This document shows, piece after piece, positions 1 to 11,038 of a stretch of DNA of 64,000 nucleotides (the first letter of the stretch is position 1; every line of letters starts with the position of its first letter). The DNA comes from Pseudomonadota bacterium (GTDB lineage: Bacteria; Pseudomonadota; Gammaproteobacteria; Steroidobacterales; Steroidobacteraceae), in the NCBI GenBank assembly GCA_037200665.1, contig JBBCGD010000002.1:252161-316160 (forward strand), written 5' to 3'. The notes beneath the pieces are model-generated. The model searched no databases, was not told the origin of the DNA, and worked only from the letters and a program-made list of their open reading frames with translations. Position numbers and translations under genes: made by a program.

Positions 1-496
1 GTGGGCAGGCTTCTTCCTCGACACTGATGTCGAGGTGCACGTTCGCCTCGCGGGCCAGTGTCGAAGCCGCATTGCCGGTCAGCGCGATGACCGGCACGTT
101 GAGTCGCCGCAGGTAGGGCAGCAGGGCCAGCAATTCCGCGGTTTCGCCGGAGTTTGAAAGCGCCAGCACCACGTCACCAGCGGCGACCATGCCGACATCG
201 CCATGGCTGGCTTCGGCCGCGTGCAGGAAGAAGGCCGCGGTGCCGGTGCTTGCCAGCGTGGCCGCGATCTTGGCGCCGATATGGCCGGGCTTGCCAAGGC
301 CGCTGACCACGACGCGCCCGGGTGAGGCGAGGCACAGCTGGCAGGCGCGGGCGAAAGCGGCGTCGACGCGCGCGGGCAGCGCCGCGAGCGCGCGTGCTTC
401 GATGGTGAGCGCGCGTCGTCCCGCGGCGATCAGCGCACTGCCGTCGGCAAAACCTTGCACGGGCGCTGCGGGAATTCCCTGCGGCTGGTCAGTCAT
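1..496 (-). CDS. kdsD: Arabinose-5-phosphate isomerase (SIS domain), partial; the 3' end runs off the window start
   Basis: My translation of the minus strand from the ATG at 496..494 reads MTDQPQGIPAAP...RVVVSGLGKPGHIGAKIAATLASTGTAAFFLHAAEASHGDVGMV...LSNSGETAELL. This is a typical SIS-domain KdsD/GutQ N-terminus. Confidence 0.8.
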   Translation of the reverse strand, partial: MTDQPQGIPAAPVQGFADGSALIAAGRRALTIEARALAALPARVDAAFARACQLCLASPGRVVVSGLGKPGHIGAKIAATLASTGTAAFFLHAAEASHGDVGMVAAGDVVLALSNSGETAELLALLPYLRRLNVPVIALTGNAASTLAREANVHLDISVEEEACP

Positions 497-550
497 GGAT
501 CGGATCATAGCTTACACTTGCGACCCTTCCCCGCCGGCCATGTGGTTGTG

Positions 551-2060
<1,510 letters not shown>

Positions 2061-2073
2061 GCGCAGACGCGCG

Positions 2074-3297
2074 CTACTGCGCCTTTTCCTTCGGCGCTTC
2101 GATCACGGGCACATCGATGCGCAGCTGGTGCTCGCCGCGGTCCACCGCGACGTTCACCATGCTGCCGGGTTTGTGTCCTGCGATGCGCGCGCGCACATCC
2201 TGCGCGCTCTTCACTTCCGCTCCGTCGATGCTCTGGATCATGTCACCCAGCAGCAGCCCTGCGGTCGCCGCCGGGGATTCGCGGTAAAGATTGATGGCGA
2301 CGCCGGCGTGCGGCAATCCATAGGCATGCGCCGCTGCCGCTGAAACATCGGCGGGAGCAATGCCGATCCAGCCACGGATGACGCGTCCATGCTGCAGGAT
2401 CTCGCGCATCACGCCACGCACGAGATCCACGGGGATGGCGACGCCCAGGCCTTCCGCGCCTTGTTCCTTGCCCAGCACCGCGGTGTTGATGCCGATCAGC
2501 TCGCCGCGCGAATTGACCAGCGCGCCGCCGGAGTTGCCTTCGTTGATCGCGGCGTCGGTCTGGATGAAGTCTTCATAGGTGGCGACGCCGAGGTCCGCGC
2601 GACCGGTCGCGCTGACGATGCCGTGCGTCACCGTCTGCGCCAGCCTGCCGAATGGATTGCCGATGGCCAGCACCACATCACCCACCGCGACGCGGTCCGA
2701 ACGACCAAGTTGCATGACCGGCAGGTGGGGCAGGTCGATCTGCAGTACGGCGAGGTCGGTATCCGGATCGCTGCCCACCAGTTTCGCGGCGGCGGTGCGG
2801 CCATCGGCCAGCTGCACGGCGATTTCCACCGAGCGCGAGGTCACGTGGTTGTTGGTGACGATATGGCCCTGGTTATCCACGATCACGCCCGAGCCTAGGT
2901 TGCCCTGGTAGCGCTGCCGCGCCGTGCCGCCCAGCAGTTGTTCCAGTGGCGAGGGCGAGACGTTCTGCACGCTGCGCGTGTAGATACTGACAACGGCAGG
3001 GGCGCTGGCCTTCACGGCATTGGCGAAGCTGCCGTGTATCGATTGGTCGAGCGCGGCGGCATCGGCGGCGCTTGCGGCCACGGACTCGTTTGATTCCTTT
3101 ATTAGTGAGCTTGTTTCATCGACAACCACCGGGCGGGATTGCGGTGCCGCTTCGACACGCGCCGCCGGTGCCGCTGGCAACGACGGCCTGCGAACAAGTT
3201 GTGGCCACAACCACATGGCGAGCACTGCCACACCGACGCCGACGAGCACCGATCCGGCCAGGAAAAATGAATTGCGACGCAAGCTGCTGTTTGACAT
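2074..3297 (-). CDS. Membrane-anchored trypsin-like serine protease with one PDZ domain (DegS/AlgW family)
   Basis: ORF 2074..3666, with the likely start at the ATG at 3297 (MSNSSLRRNSFFLAGSVLVGVGVAVLAMWLW, a TM anchor). It carries the motifs TNNHV, DLAVLQ and GNSGGALV plus a C-terminal PDZ-like region. Confidence 0.85.
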   Translation of the reverse strand: MSNSSLRRNSFFLAGSVLVGVGVAVLAMWLWPQLVRRPSLPAAPAARVEAAPQSRPVVVDETSSLIKESNESVAASAADAAALDQSIHGSFANAVKASAPAVVSIYTRSVQNVSPSPLEQLLGGTARQRYQGNLGSGVIVDNQGHIVTNNHVTSRSVEIAVQLADGRTAAAKLVGSDPDTDLAVLQIDLPHLPVMQLGRSDRVAVGDVVLAIGNPFGRLAQTVTHGIVSATGRADLGVATYEDFIQTDAAINEGNSGGALVNSRGELIGINTAVLGKEQGAEGLGVAIPVDLVRGVMREILQHGRVIRGWIGIAPADVSAAAAHAYGLPHAGVAINLYRESPAATAGLLLGDMIQSIDGAEVKSAQDVRARIAGHKPGSMVNVAVDRGEHQLRIDVPVIEAPKEKAQ

Positions 3298-3420
3298 GGG
3301 GGACGTGCCATGGGCACCGTGAGGGTTAGTGTATAATGCCGCGCTGTCCGGCCCGCGTTGGCCTCGTGAGCGAGTAACGTACCGGACGCAAGAACAGCCA
3401 ACAGCCCCCGGAATCCTTGA

Positions 3421-4038
3421 ATGAGCGATATTGCCGCCCCCGTAAGCGCCGAGGTCGACCAGGATCGGCGCGGCTTCCTGACCTTTGCCACCACGGCCAC
3501 CGGCGTCCTCGGCGCCGCCTTTGCCACGGTGCCATTCATAGCCTCGTGGAGTCCCTCGGAGCGCGCCCGCGCTGCCGGTGCTCCGGTCGAGGTCGACCTT
3601 TCGAAGATAGACCTGGGCCAGATGCTCACGGTGGTCTATCGCAAGAAGGCCATGTACATCGTGCACCGCACGCCCGAGATGGTGGCATCACTCGCCGGCC
3701 ATGACGGTGCGTTGAAAGACGCCGCGTCGAAATCTTCCGAGCAGCCCGCCTACGCGACCAACGCCACGCGTGCTTCGCGCGAGGATTTCCTCGTGGTGGA
3801 GGGCACCTGCACGCACCTGGGTTGCCTGCCGAAGCCGCGCTTCGAGAAAGCGCTCCCGGAGCTGGGTGCGGATTGGCCAGGTGGTTTCCAGTGTCCCTGC
3901 CACGGTTCGCGCTTCGATCTCGCCGGTCGTGTGTTCAACGGCTCACCCGCTTCGGTGAACCTGCGCATCCCGGTTTATTCCTATCCCAATGACAAGACGC
4001 TGGTGATCGGCGTCGATGCCACGACCGGAGCTGCGTAA
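3421..4038 (+). CDS. petA: Ubiquinol-cytochrome c reductase Rieske iron-sulfur subunit
   Basis: Tat-like N-terminus (RRGFL) and Rieske boxes CTHLGC and CPCHGS. Confidence 0.95.
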   Translation: MSDIAAPVSAEVDQDRRGFLTFATTATGVLGAAFATVPFIASWSPSERARAAGAPVEVDLSKIDLGQMLTVVYRKKAMYIVHRTPEMVASLAGHDGALKDAASKSSEQPAYATNATRASREDFLVVEGTCTHLGCLPKPRFEKALPELGADWPGGFQCPCHGSRFDLAGRVFNGSPASVNLRIPVYSYPNDKTLVIGVDATTGAA

Positions 4039-5288
4039 TGGCTGCCAATACTGACGGCCTGCCCGTGCGCACGGGTTTCCTCGCCTGGCTGAACAAGCGA
4101 CTGCCGGTCGACGCCTTCGTGCGCGACCAGCTGACTGGCTACTTCGCGCCAAAGAACTTCAACTTCTGGTACTTCTTCGGCGTGCTGTCGCTGGTGGCGC
4201 TGGTCATCCAGCTGGTCACCGGCATCTTCCTCACCATGCATTACAAGGTGGGCGATACCACGGCCTTCGACTCCGTGCAGTACATCATGCGCGAGGTGCC
4301 GTTCGGCTGGCTGCTGCGCTACATGCATTCCACGGGCGCGTCGGCGTTCTTCATCGTCGTGTACCTGCACATGTTCCGTGCCTTCCTGTACGGCTCGTAC
4401 AAGGCGCCGCGCGAACTGCTGTGGCTGTTCGGCATGTTCGTGTACCTGGCGCTGATGGCCGAAGCCTTCATGGGTTACGTGCTGCCCTGGGGCAACATGT
4501 CCTTCTGGGGCGCACAGGTGATCGTGAACCTGTTCGGCACGATTCCCGTCGTCGGGCCCGGCCTCGTCGAGTGGATCCGCGGCGACTACGGCATCGCGGA
4601 CGCGACGCTGAACCGCTTCTTCTCGCTGCACGTGGTGGCGGTGCCGCTGGTGCTGCTGCTGCTGGTCGCGCTGCACCTGGTTGCCCTGCGCCAGAACGGC
4701 TCGAACAATCCGGACGGCATTGAGATCAAGGAAAAGAAGGGCCCGGATGGCAAGCCGCTCGACGGCATTCCGTTCCATCCGTACTACACACTGAAGGATC
4801 TGGTCGGCGTCGGCGTGTTCCTGATCGGCTTCGCCATCGTGATGTTCTTCGTGCCGACCTTCGGTGGCATCTTCCTGGAGTCGGCGAACTTCGAGCCGGC
4901 CAATCCCCTGTCAACGCCGGATGAAATCTCGCCGGTGTGGTACTTCACGCCTTATTACGCGATCCTGCGCGCGGTTCCGGACCAGCGGCTCGGTGCGCTG
5001 CTGATGGCGCTGTCCATCATCTGCTTCATCGTGCTGCCATGGCTCGACCGCTCGCCAGTAAAGTCCTCGCGCTATCGCCCGCTGACGTGGAAGCTCGCGC
5101 TGGGTGCGTTCGTGATTTCGTTCATTGGTCTCGGGTACCTGGGGATGCAGAAGCCCGAGGGCCTGTATGTGCTGCTGGCGCGTATCTTCGCGCTGGTGTA
5201 TTTCGCGTTCTTCGGGTTGATGCCGTTCTACACGCGTGGTGAATCCACCAGTCGCGTGCCGGATCGCGTCACTTTCTCTTCTCATTGA
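4038..5288 (+). CDS. petB: Cytochrome b
   Basis: 416 aa multi-TM protein. FNFWYFFG..., RYMHSTGAS and PEWYF-like (SPVWYFTPYYAILR) are typical of bc1 cytochrome b. Its start overlaps the petA stop. Confidence 0.95.
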   Translation: MAANTDGLPVRTGFLAWLNKRLPVDAFVRDQLTGYFAPKNFNFWYFFGVLSLVALVIQLVTGIFLTMHYKVGDTTAFDSVQYIMREVPFGWLLRYMHSTGASAFFIVVYLHMFRAFLYGSYKAPRELLWLFGMFVYLALMAEAFMGYVLPWGNMSFWGAQVIVNLFGTIPVVGPGLVEWIRGDYGIADATLNRFFSLHVVAVPLVLLLLVALHLVALRQNGSNNPDGIEIKEKKGPDGKPLDGIPFHPYYTLKDLVGVGVFLIGFAIVMFFVPTFGGIFLESANFEPANPLSTPDEISPVWYFTPYYAILRAVPDQRLGALLMALSIICFIVLPWLDRSPVKSSRYRPLTWKLALGAFVISFIGLGYLGMQKPEGLYVLLARIFALVYFAFFGLMPFYTRGESTSRVPDRVTFSSH

Positions 5289-5296
5289 GGCCGGCG

Positions 5297-6088
5297 ATGC
5301 AGGTTCGTTCGATGCGTACTGGTTTGATCGGATTGGGAGCCGTGCTGCTGGCGACGTTCGCAGTGAGCGGTGCCATGGCTGCGGAAGAGCCGGCTGCCGA
5401 AGGGCATGAAGCCGGCGTGAACTGGCAGAAGTGGAAGGCCGGCAACGAAGTGACGAATACCGCTTCGTTGCAGCGTGGCGCTGCCAACTTCGTCAGCTAC
5501 TGCAGCGGATGCCATTCGCTGAAGTACGTGCGCTGGTCGCGCCTCGCCACCGATCTCGATATCTCCGACAAGCTGCTCAAGGACAAGCTGCTGCCCGAGG
5601 GCGCAAAGCCCACGGACTACATCATGGCCAGCTTCCCTGCGGCTGATGCCGAGGCCTGGTTCGGCAAGCAACCGCCGGATCTGTCGCTGGTGGTGCGCGC
5701 GCGCGGCGCCGATTGGGTGTTCCGCTTCCTGAAGGGCTTCTACGTTGATCCGAGTCGTCCCACCGGCACCAACAACGTGGCGCTGGAAGGCGCGGCGATG
5801 CCTGCCGTGCTGTCGGATCTCGAGGGCGTGAAGTCGGCCGTGTTCGCCGAGCACGCGGGCGGCGCTGAAGGCAAGACCGTGGAGCGTTTCGATACGGTGG
5901 CCGTCGGCCGGTTGAAGCCGGCCGAATACGATGCCTTCGTGCGTGACACCGTGAACTTCCTCGACTATGTCAGCGATCCCTCGCAGGTCGAGCGACGCAG
6001 CATCGGCCTGTGGGTCGTGCTGTTCCTGCTGGTGTTCACCGCTTTTGCCTGGTTCCTCAAAAAGGAATACTGGAAGGACGTCCACTGA
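5297..6088 (+). CDS. petC: Cytochrome c1
   Basis: Signal peptide, heme motif CSGCHS and a C-terminal TM anchor. The track ORF begins at TTG 5285, but the ATG at 5297 is the more likely start. Confidence 0.9.
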   Translation: MQVRSMRTGLIGLGAVLLATFAVSGAMAAEEPAAEGHEAGVNWQKWKAGNEVTNTASLQRGAANFVSYCSGCHSLKYVRWSRLATDLDISDKLLKDKLLPEGAKPTDYIMASFPAADAEAWFGKQPPDLSLVVRARGADWVFRFLKGFYVDPSRPTGTNNVALEGAAMPAVLSDLEGVKSAVFAEHAGGAEGKTVERFDTVAVGRLKPAEYDAFVRDTVNFLDYVSDPSQVERRSIGLWVVLFLLVFTAFAWFLKKEYWKDVH

Positions 6089-6104
6089 CGCGAGCCGCGC
6101 TGTG

Positions 6105-6710
6105 ATGACACTGTTCTCGGCTCCGGATGAGGCCGCCAGCCACCGGACCCGTATCGTACTGGCGGAAAAAGACGTCGAGATCGAGATCGTGAACGTCACT
6201 CCGGGTCGCTTCCCGGAGGACCTGCTCGACCTCAATCCCGACCATTCGCTGCCGACCCTGGTCGACCGCGATCTCGTGCTTTACGACTCGCGGATCATCA
6301 TCGAATACCTCGATGAGCGTTTTCCGCATCCGCCGCTGATGCCGGTCGATCCGGTGTCGCGTGCGCAGTTCCGGCTGGCGCTGCACCGGATCGAGCGCGA
6401 CTGGTACGGCATCGCGACGAAGCTCAACAAGGCAGCACCCGATGGTGCCGAGGCCGCGAAGCTGCGCGGCGAGTTGCGCGATTTCATCGTGCAGATCGCC
6501 GATTTCGTGCGCAACAAGCCTTACTTCGCGAGCGATGAGCTGTCGCTGGTGGATGTCACCATCGCGCCGCTGCTGTGGCGCCTGCCGCACTGGCGCATCG
6601 AGCTGCCGAAGGAATCCACGCCGCTGCTGAAGTACGCCAACCTGCTGTTCTCGCGGCCGGCTTTCCGCATGAGCCTGTCGCCGCAGGAGCGGGAGATGCG
6701 CGTTGCCTGA
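6105..6710 (+). CDS. sspA: Stringent starvation protein A (GST-like)
   Basis: ATG at 6105 within ORF 5967..6710. MTLFSAPDEAASHRTRIVLAEKDVEIEIVNV...IIEYLDERFPHPPLMP is SspA-like, and sspB follows. Confidence 0.9.
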   Translation: MTLFSAPDEAASHRTRIVLAEKDVEIEIVNVTPGRFPEDLLDLNPDHSLPTLVDRDLVLYDSRIIIEYLDERFPHPPLMPVDPVSRAQFRLALHRIERDWYGIATKLNKAAPDGAEAAKLRGELRDFIVQIADFVRNKPYFASDELSLVDVTIAPLLWRLPHWRIELPKESTPLLKYANLLFSRPAFRMSLSPQEREMRVA

Positions 6711-7146
6711 GCTCTCGCAGCGGCCCTACCTGCTGCGAGCCATGCTGGACTGGATCGTCGACAACGGCTGGACTCCCCATCTGATCGTCGATGCGCGCTC
6801 CGAAGCCGTCACGGTGCCGCGCCAGTTCGTCACCGAAGGCTACATCCGGCTGAACATCTCGGCCTCGGCCACGCAATCGTTTCGCATCGATGCGAACGTG
6901 GTCGAGTTCAACGCGCGCTTTGGTGGCGTGGGCCATTACATCAACGTTCCGCTGGAGCATGTGCTCGCCATCGTGGCGCGCGAGAACGGCAAGGGCATGG
7001 CGTTCACCGCCGAGCAGGAGTCGGGTGAGGCGGCGGAGCCGGCTATCGATGGCGGTGATTCCGGCAACGAAGAGCAGCCGCCGGAGCCACCTACTACCAC
7101 TCCGGAGCGGCCGCGGCAGCGGCCCAGCCTCAAGCTGGTCAAGTAG
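6703..7146 (+). CDS. sspB: ClpXP adaptor SspB (stringent starvation protein B)
   Basis: RPYLLRAMLDWIVDNGWTPHLIVDA matches the SspB N-terminal domain. The tail is acidic and ends in LKLVK. TTG start overlaps the sspA stop. Confidence 0.9.
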   Translation: MPELSQRPYLLRAMLDWIVDNGWTPHLIVDARSEAVTVPRQFVTEGYIRLNISASATQSFRIDANVVEFNARFGGVGHYINVPLEHVLAIVARENGKGMAFTAEQESGEAAEPAIDGGDSGNEEQPPEPPTTTPERPRQRPSLKLVK

Positions 7147-7155
7147 GCGCTGCGG

Positions 7156-7587
7156 TCAGCGCAGGCGGGCTTCGAAGGCGTGCCTGATCCATTCGATGCG
7201 ATAGCCCGTGCCTTCGGGTGCCAGATCCAGCACATCGAATCGCAAGGCCCGACGCGCCAGCGCCGGGTGACGTGCCAGCAGGTTGTGCGTAGCGCGCTGT
7301 ATGCGTCGCTGCTTGCGCCAGTCGACGCTTGCCGCGCCACCGCCATATGCATTGCTGGCGCGCAGTCGTACTTCGGCTATGACGACGACGCCGTCGGCGG
7401 TCTCCGCAACGATGTCGATCTCGCCAGTGCGACAACGGAAATTGCGCAGCAGGATGTTGAGCTGTCGTGCTGCGAGGAAGTCCGCAGCGGCCTGCTCCGC
7501 TGCGCGGCCGATCTGTTGCCGGTCGATGCGGTCGCCGGCCAAGCGAATCTCAGTTGGCTGCAGGATCGAAAGCCTGCACCTGGCCAT
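7156..7587 (-). CDS. yraN: YraN family (UPF0102) endonuclease-like protein
   Basis: GRAAEQAAADFL...NFRCRTGEIDIVA...VVIAEVRLR...YGGGAASV...KQRRI...RFDV resembles E. coli YraN, and the gene lies downstream of lpoA as in E. coli. The start is uncertain; as drawn it overlaps the lpoA 3' end by 38 nt. Confidence 0.75.
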   Translation of the reverse strand: MARCRLSILQPTEIRLAGDRIDRQQIGRAAEQAAADFLAARQLNILLRNFRCRTGEIDIVAETADGVVVIAEVRLRASNAYGGGAASVDWRKQRRIQRATHNLLARHPALARRALRFDVLDLAPEGTGYRIEWIRHAFEARLR

Positions 7588-9466
7588 CCTTCAGCTGTCC
7601 CCAGTTGAGGCTGCGTTCGATGCGGCCTTCCGGAGTCAGCTGCAAGCGACCGGTAAGTCCTTGCAGTGGCCAGTTCGCTGAGCCGCGCCGCAACGCCATG
7701 GTCAGCGTCGCCGCGTCGTAACCGAACGCGAAGTAGCGCGACTGGCGCGGTCCCTGTGCGCTCCACTGCGTTTCGGTGGCGGTGCGCAGGTCCGCGACCG
7801 GGCCAACGCTGTCGAGCTCCCACGGTGTACCGAGCACGCGCATGCCGCGCAGGTCGCGGTTCTCGGTGGTATCCGCGCTCACGCCATCCTGCGTGATGTA
7901 GATCGGCAGGTCACCGGCGTTGTTGAAGATCAGCTGTGAATTGATCTGACGCAACGCTATGGATTGATAGCCGGCAACGAAGATCGCGTCGATGTCCGGA
8001 CGCGGGTAGGCGTCGAACTCCACCGGTGCGTTGATGGTCTGCTGCAGGCGTTGCTGGCGCGCACGGGCTTCGTTGATGCCCAGCGTGGCGGTTAGCGAGC
8101 TGGTGAGGTCGTTCTTCGCAATGTCGTAGCTGCCCTGAGCGACTACGCCGCCGCCATCGTGGGTCAGTTCTTCGGTGAATGCAGTGGCGACCCGGTTGCC
8201 CCAGTCACCAGTGGGCGCGAGTACAGCGACATTGCGCTTGCCGCTGCCGGCGATCTGGCGCGCGATCTGGCGCGCCTCGTCTTCCGGCGAAAGCGCGAAC
8301 TGGTACAACTGGTTGCCGGCGAAGCTGGTGCCCGGCAGCGTGTTGAGCAGCAACAGTGGCACGGTGCCAGGTCGCTGTTCAGCCGCGACCTGCGCTTCTT
8401 CCCTGACCAGCGGGCCGACGATGAAGCCCGCACCTTCTGCCTGCGCGGCCTGCAGAGCGGCGCCAACCGACATCGCGCCCGTGTCGTAGATTTTCAGCGC
8501 CGGCCTTTCTGATTCCGGCAGGCGCGCAACGGCCGCCTGGAAGCCGTCGCGTACGAGCTGGGCGACTGCTGACTGGCGACCCGTCAGCGGCAGCAGCAGC
8601 GCAACTGGGCCGCTGCTGGCAACGAGCCGCGGAATGTTTTCCGACGGCCTGCTGGCTGGATGCAGGATCTCGCTCTCGATGATCGTGCTGCCAGGATGTC
8701 CGGGGAAACGCGTGCGCCAACGTGCCACGGCCGAATCCGCCGACAACGGACTGCGGCCTGCGGATACAGAGATCTGCGCAAGTTCCAGCCAGCCGCGCAC
8801 CAGCGGATCGTTGCTGGTTGCCGGATCCACGCGCAGCCCGCCTTCAATGGCGCCACGCAGGCCGGTGAGCAGATCGCGGCGCGCGGCGGTGCGCTGCTCG
8901 TCGTTGCCGGCCAGCGATTCACGCGTGATTCCAGCGCGTACTGCGTCGAGAGGTTGTCCGGCGCGCAGCGCTACCTGCTGGCGCAATTGCAAAAGGCGTG
9001 AAGCCGTCGCGGCATCCGCGGGTTGTGGCAGCTGCGACACCTGCTGCCAGGCCACGGCGTACTGTCCGCGTGCCACGGCAACCTGTGACCGCACCATGCC
9101 CAGTTCGAGTTGCTGCGAGCCGCTCGCACCCGATGCGAGATCCAGTGCGCGCTGCGCATCGTCGGCGCGATTGGCGGCCAGCCACGCGCGTGCCGCGGCG
9201 AGCGCGAAGTTGTTGCGCGCCGGAGGTGGATTGCCCTGGGCGAGCTGCTCATACATCGCAGCTGCACCGGCGTTGTCACCACGGCGCATCAGGCGGTCAG
9301 CGCGATCATCCGATGCCGGACCACCGCCGCCTCCCTGCGTCGCGCATCCCGCGAGCAGCAACAGCATCGAAGCAACGAACAAGGCAAGCAGACCCGGTAG
9401 AGCGGGTTGCGTGGCCGGCATGGAGCGGGGCAAGCTAGTGGCTGACAAGGCGCGAAGATCCTTCAC
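7550..9466 (-). CDS. lpoA: Penicillin-binding protein activator LpoA (LppC/YraM family lipoprotein)
   Basis: 638 aa with a lipobox LLLAGC, an N-terminal TPR-like region and a C-terminal periplasmic-binding-like domain. Divergent from rsmI, conserved yraL/yraM/yraN synteny. Confidence 0.85.
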   Translation of the reverse strand: MKDLRALSATSLPRSMPATQPALPGLLALFVASMLLLLAGCATQGGGGGPASDDRADRLMRRGDNAGAAAMYEQLAQGNPPPARNNFALAAARAWLAANRADDAQRALDLASGASGSQQLELGMVRSQVAVARGQYAVAWQQVSQLPQPADAATASRLLQLRQQVALRAGQPLDAVRAGITRESLAGNDEQRTAARRDLLTGLRGAIEGGLRVDPATSNDPLVRGWLELAQISVSAGRSPLSADSAVARWRTRFPGHPGSTIIESEILHPASRPSENIPRLVASSGPVALLLPLTGRQSAVAQLVRDGFQAAVARLPESERPALKIYDTGAMSVGAALQAAQAEGAGFIVGPLVREEAQVAAEQRPGTVPLLLLNTLPGTSFAGNQLYQFALSPEDEARQIARQIAGSGKRNVAVLAPTGDWGNRVATAFTEELTHDGGGVVAQGSYDIAKNDLTSSLTATLGINEARARQQRLQQTINAPVEFDAYPRPDIDAIFVAGYQSIALRQINSQLIFNNAGDLPIYITQDGVSADTTENRDLRGMRVLGTPWELDSVGPVADLRTATETQWSAQGPRQSRYFAFGYDAATLTMALRRGSANWPLQGLTGRLQLTPEGRIERSLNWGQLKDGQVQAFDPAAN

Positions 9467-9499
9467 TGGCGTGCGGAAGACGCCCGGAGATTATAAGAG

Positions 9500-10342
9500 G
9501 TGGCCCCGGGCCGAATCGAACTCGTTGCGACTCCGATCGGCAATCTCGCTGATCTCTCGCCGCGTGCCCGCGAGGTGTTGGCGAACGCAGACATCATCGC
9601 TGCCGAAGACACGCGCCACACCGCGGGCCTGCTGCGCCAGATCGGCGTGCAGAAGCCGATGGTTTCACTGCACGAACATAACGAGGACCAGCGCCTGCAC
9701 GATCTGCTGGAGCGGGCGAGGCAGGGCGCGATCATTGCCGTGGTGACCGACGCCGGGACACCGCTGGTATCGGATCCCGGCTTCCTGTTGCTGCGTGCGG
9801 CGCTCGATGCGGGCGTGCCGGTGGGCGCTGTGCCCGGGCCCTCCGCAGTACTGACTGCGCTCGCGCTCTCGGGCCTGCCCGTGGACCGTTTCTGCTTCGA
9901 AGGTTTCTTGCCCCCACGCAGCGCTGCCCGACGCGACCGCCTGCGCGGACTCGCTGGTGAGTCGCGCACCATGGTTTTCTTCGAGGCACCGCATCGCATC
10001 GTCGAGACCCTCGAGGACATGGCAGCCGTATTCGAGCCAGAGCGCGCGGCCGCAGTGGCACGCGAACTGACCAAGGTGCACGAAAGCGTATATCGCGGCT
10101 CGCTGGCGCGGCTGCTGCAAATCGCGGGTGAAGAAGCCAATTTCGCGCGTGGCGAAATTACGCTGGTGGTGGCCGGCAAGATCGAAGCGGCACCCGACGA
10201 TGCCTTCGTGCTCCGCGCGCTCGAACTGCTTACCGCGGAATTGCCGCCGTCACGGGCGGCGGCGGTTGTTGCGCAGCTCACCGGCCGCCACAAGGCCGAG
10301 GTTTATGGACTCATGCATCGAACGGAAGAACAGACGCCATGA
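9500..10342 (+). CDS. rsmI: 16S rRNA (cytidine1402-2'-O)-methyltransferase
   Basis: LVATPIGNLADLSPRAREVLANADIIAAEDTRHT...VTDAGTPLVSDPG is the tetrapyrrole-methylase-fold RsmI signature. GTG start. Confidence 0.9.
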   Translation: MAPGRIELVATPIGNLADLSPRAREVLANADIIAAEDTRHTAGLLRQIGVQKPMVSLHEHNEDQRLHDLLERARQGAIIAVVTDAGTPLVSDPGFLLLRAALDAGVPVGAVPGPSAVLTALALSGLPVDRFCFEGFLPPRSAARRDRLRGLAGESRTMVFFEAPHRIVETLEDMAAVFEPERAAAVARELTKVHESVYRGSLARLLQIAGEEANFARGEITLVVAGKIEAAPDDAFVLRALELLTAELPPSRAAAVVAQLTGRHKAEVYGLMHRTEEQTP

Positions 10343-11025
10343 CTGCCCCGCTGAAGATGATTTCCTCCATGGCCACGCGCGAATTGCTCGCCGCGCTGGC
10401 TTTGCAGTACCAGCAGGCCAAGGGCGGGGCGATCAACGCCGAAGCTGCGGGTGGCGTGGATGTTGCGAAGCGCATCAGTGCCGGCGAGCAATGCGATGTC
10501 GTCGTGCTGGCCGCGAATGCCATCGACAAGCTGATCGCGGATGGCGCGGTAGCTCCGGGCCGCGTGGACCTGATGCGATCGGGCGTAGCCATCGCAGTAC
10601 GCGCCGGCGCGAAGCGTCCTGCCATCGCGACAGCGGATGATTTGAAAGCTGCGGTGCTGGCTGCTTCCACGCTGAGTTATTCCACTGGCCCGAGCGGCGT
10701 ATATCTGGAAAAGCTGTTCAAGCACTGGGAAATCCTCGAGCAGGTCCAGCCGCGCATCGTGGTGCCGCCACCAGGGGTTCCAGTCGGCGCGCTGGTTGCG
10801 GATGGACGCGCCGCGCTCGGTTTCCAGCAGCTTTCGGAGTTGATGAATCTGCCGGGAATCGCCGTGCTCGGGCCGCTGCCCGATGCCATCCAGACGGTGA
10901 CGGTGTTCTCCGGTGGCGTCTGCAGATCGAGTGCTCATCCCGAAGCAGCCCGCGTCTTGCTCGAATATCTTGCCGCGCCGTCGGTCGCCGTCCTGAAACA
11001 GCAGTACGGCATGGAAAGCGCCTGA
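10339..11025 (+). CDS. Periplasmic-binding-protein-fold (ModA/molybdate-binding-like) protein without an obvious signal peptide
   Basis: 228 aa. The ATG overlaps the rsmI stop (ATGA). The pattern DVVVLAANAIDKL...SYSTGPSGVY...ALGFQQLSEL...GPLP resembles type-II solute-binding domains. The assignment is by pattern only. Confidence 0.55.
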   Translation: MTAPLKMISSMATRELLAALALQYQQAKGGAINAEAAGGVDVAKRISAGEQCDVVVLAANAIDKLIADGAVAPGRVDLMRSGVAIAVRAGAKRPAIATADDLKAAVLAASTLSYSTGPSGVYLEKLFKHWEILEQVQPRIVVPPPGVPVGALVADGRAALGFQQLSELMNLPGIAVLGPLPDAIQTVTVFSGGVCRSSAHPEAARVLLEYLAAPSVAVLKQQYGMESA

Positions 11026-11038
11026 TACAGTGCGCCCG

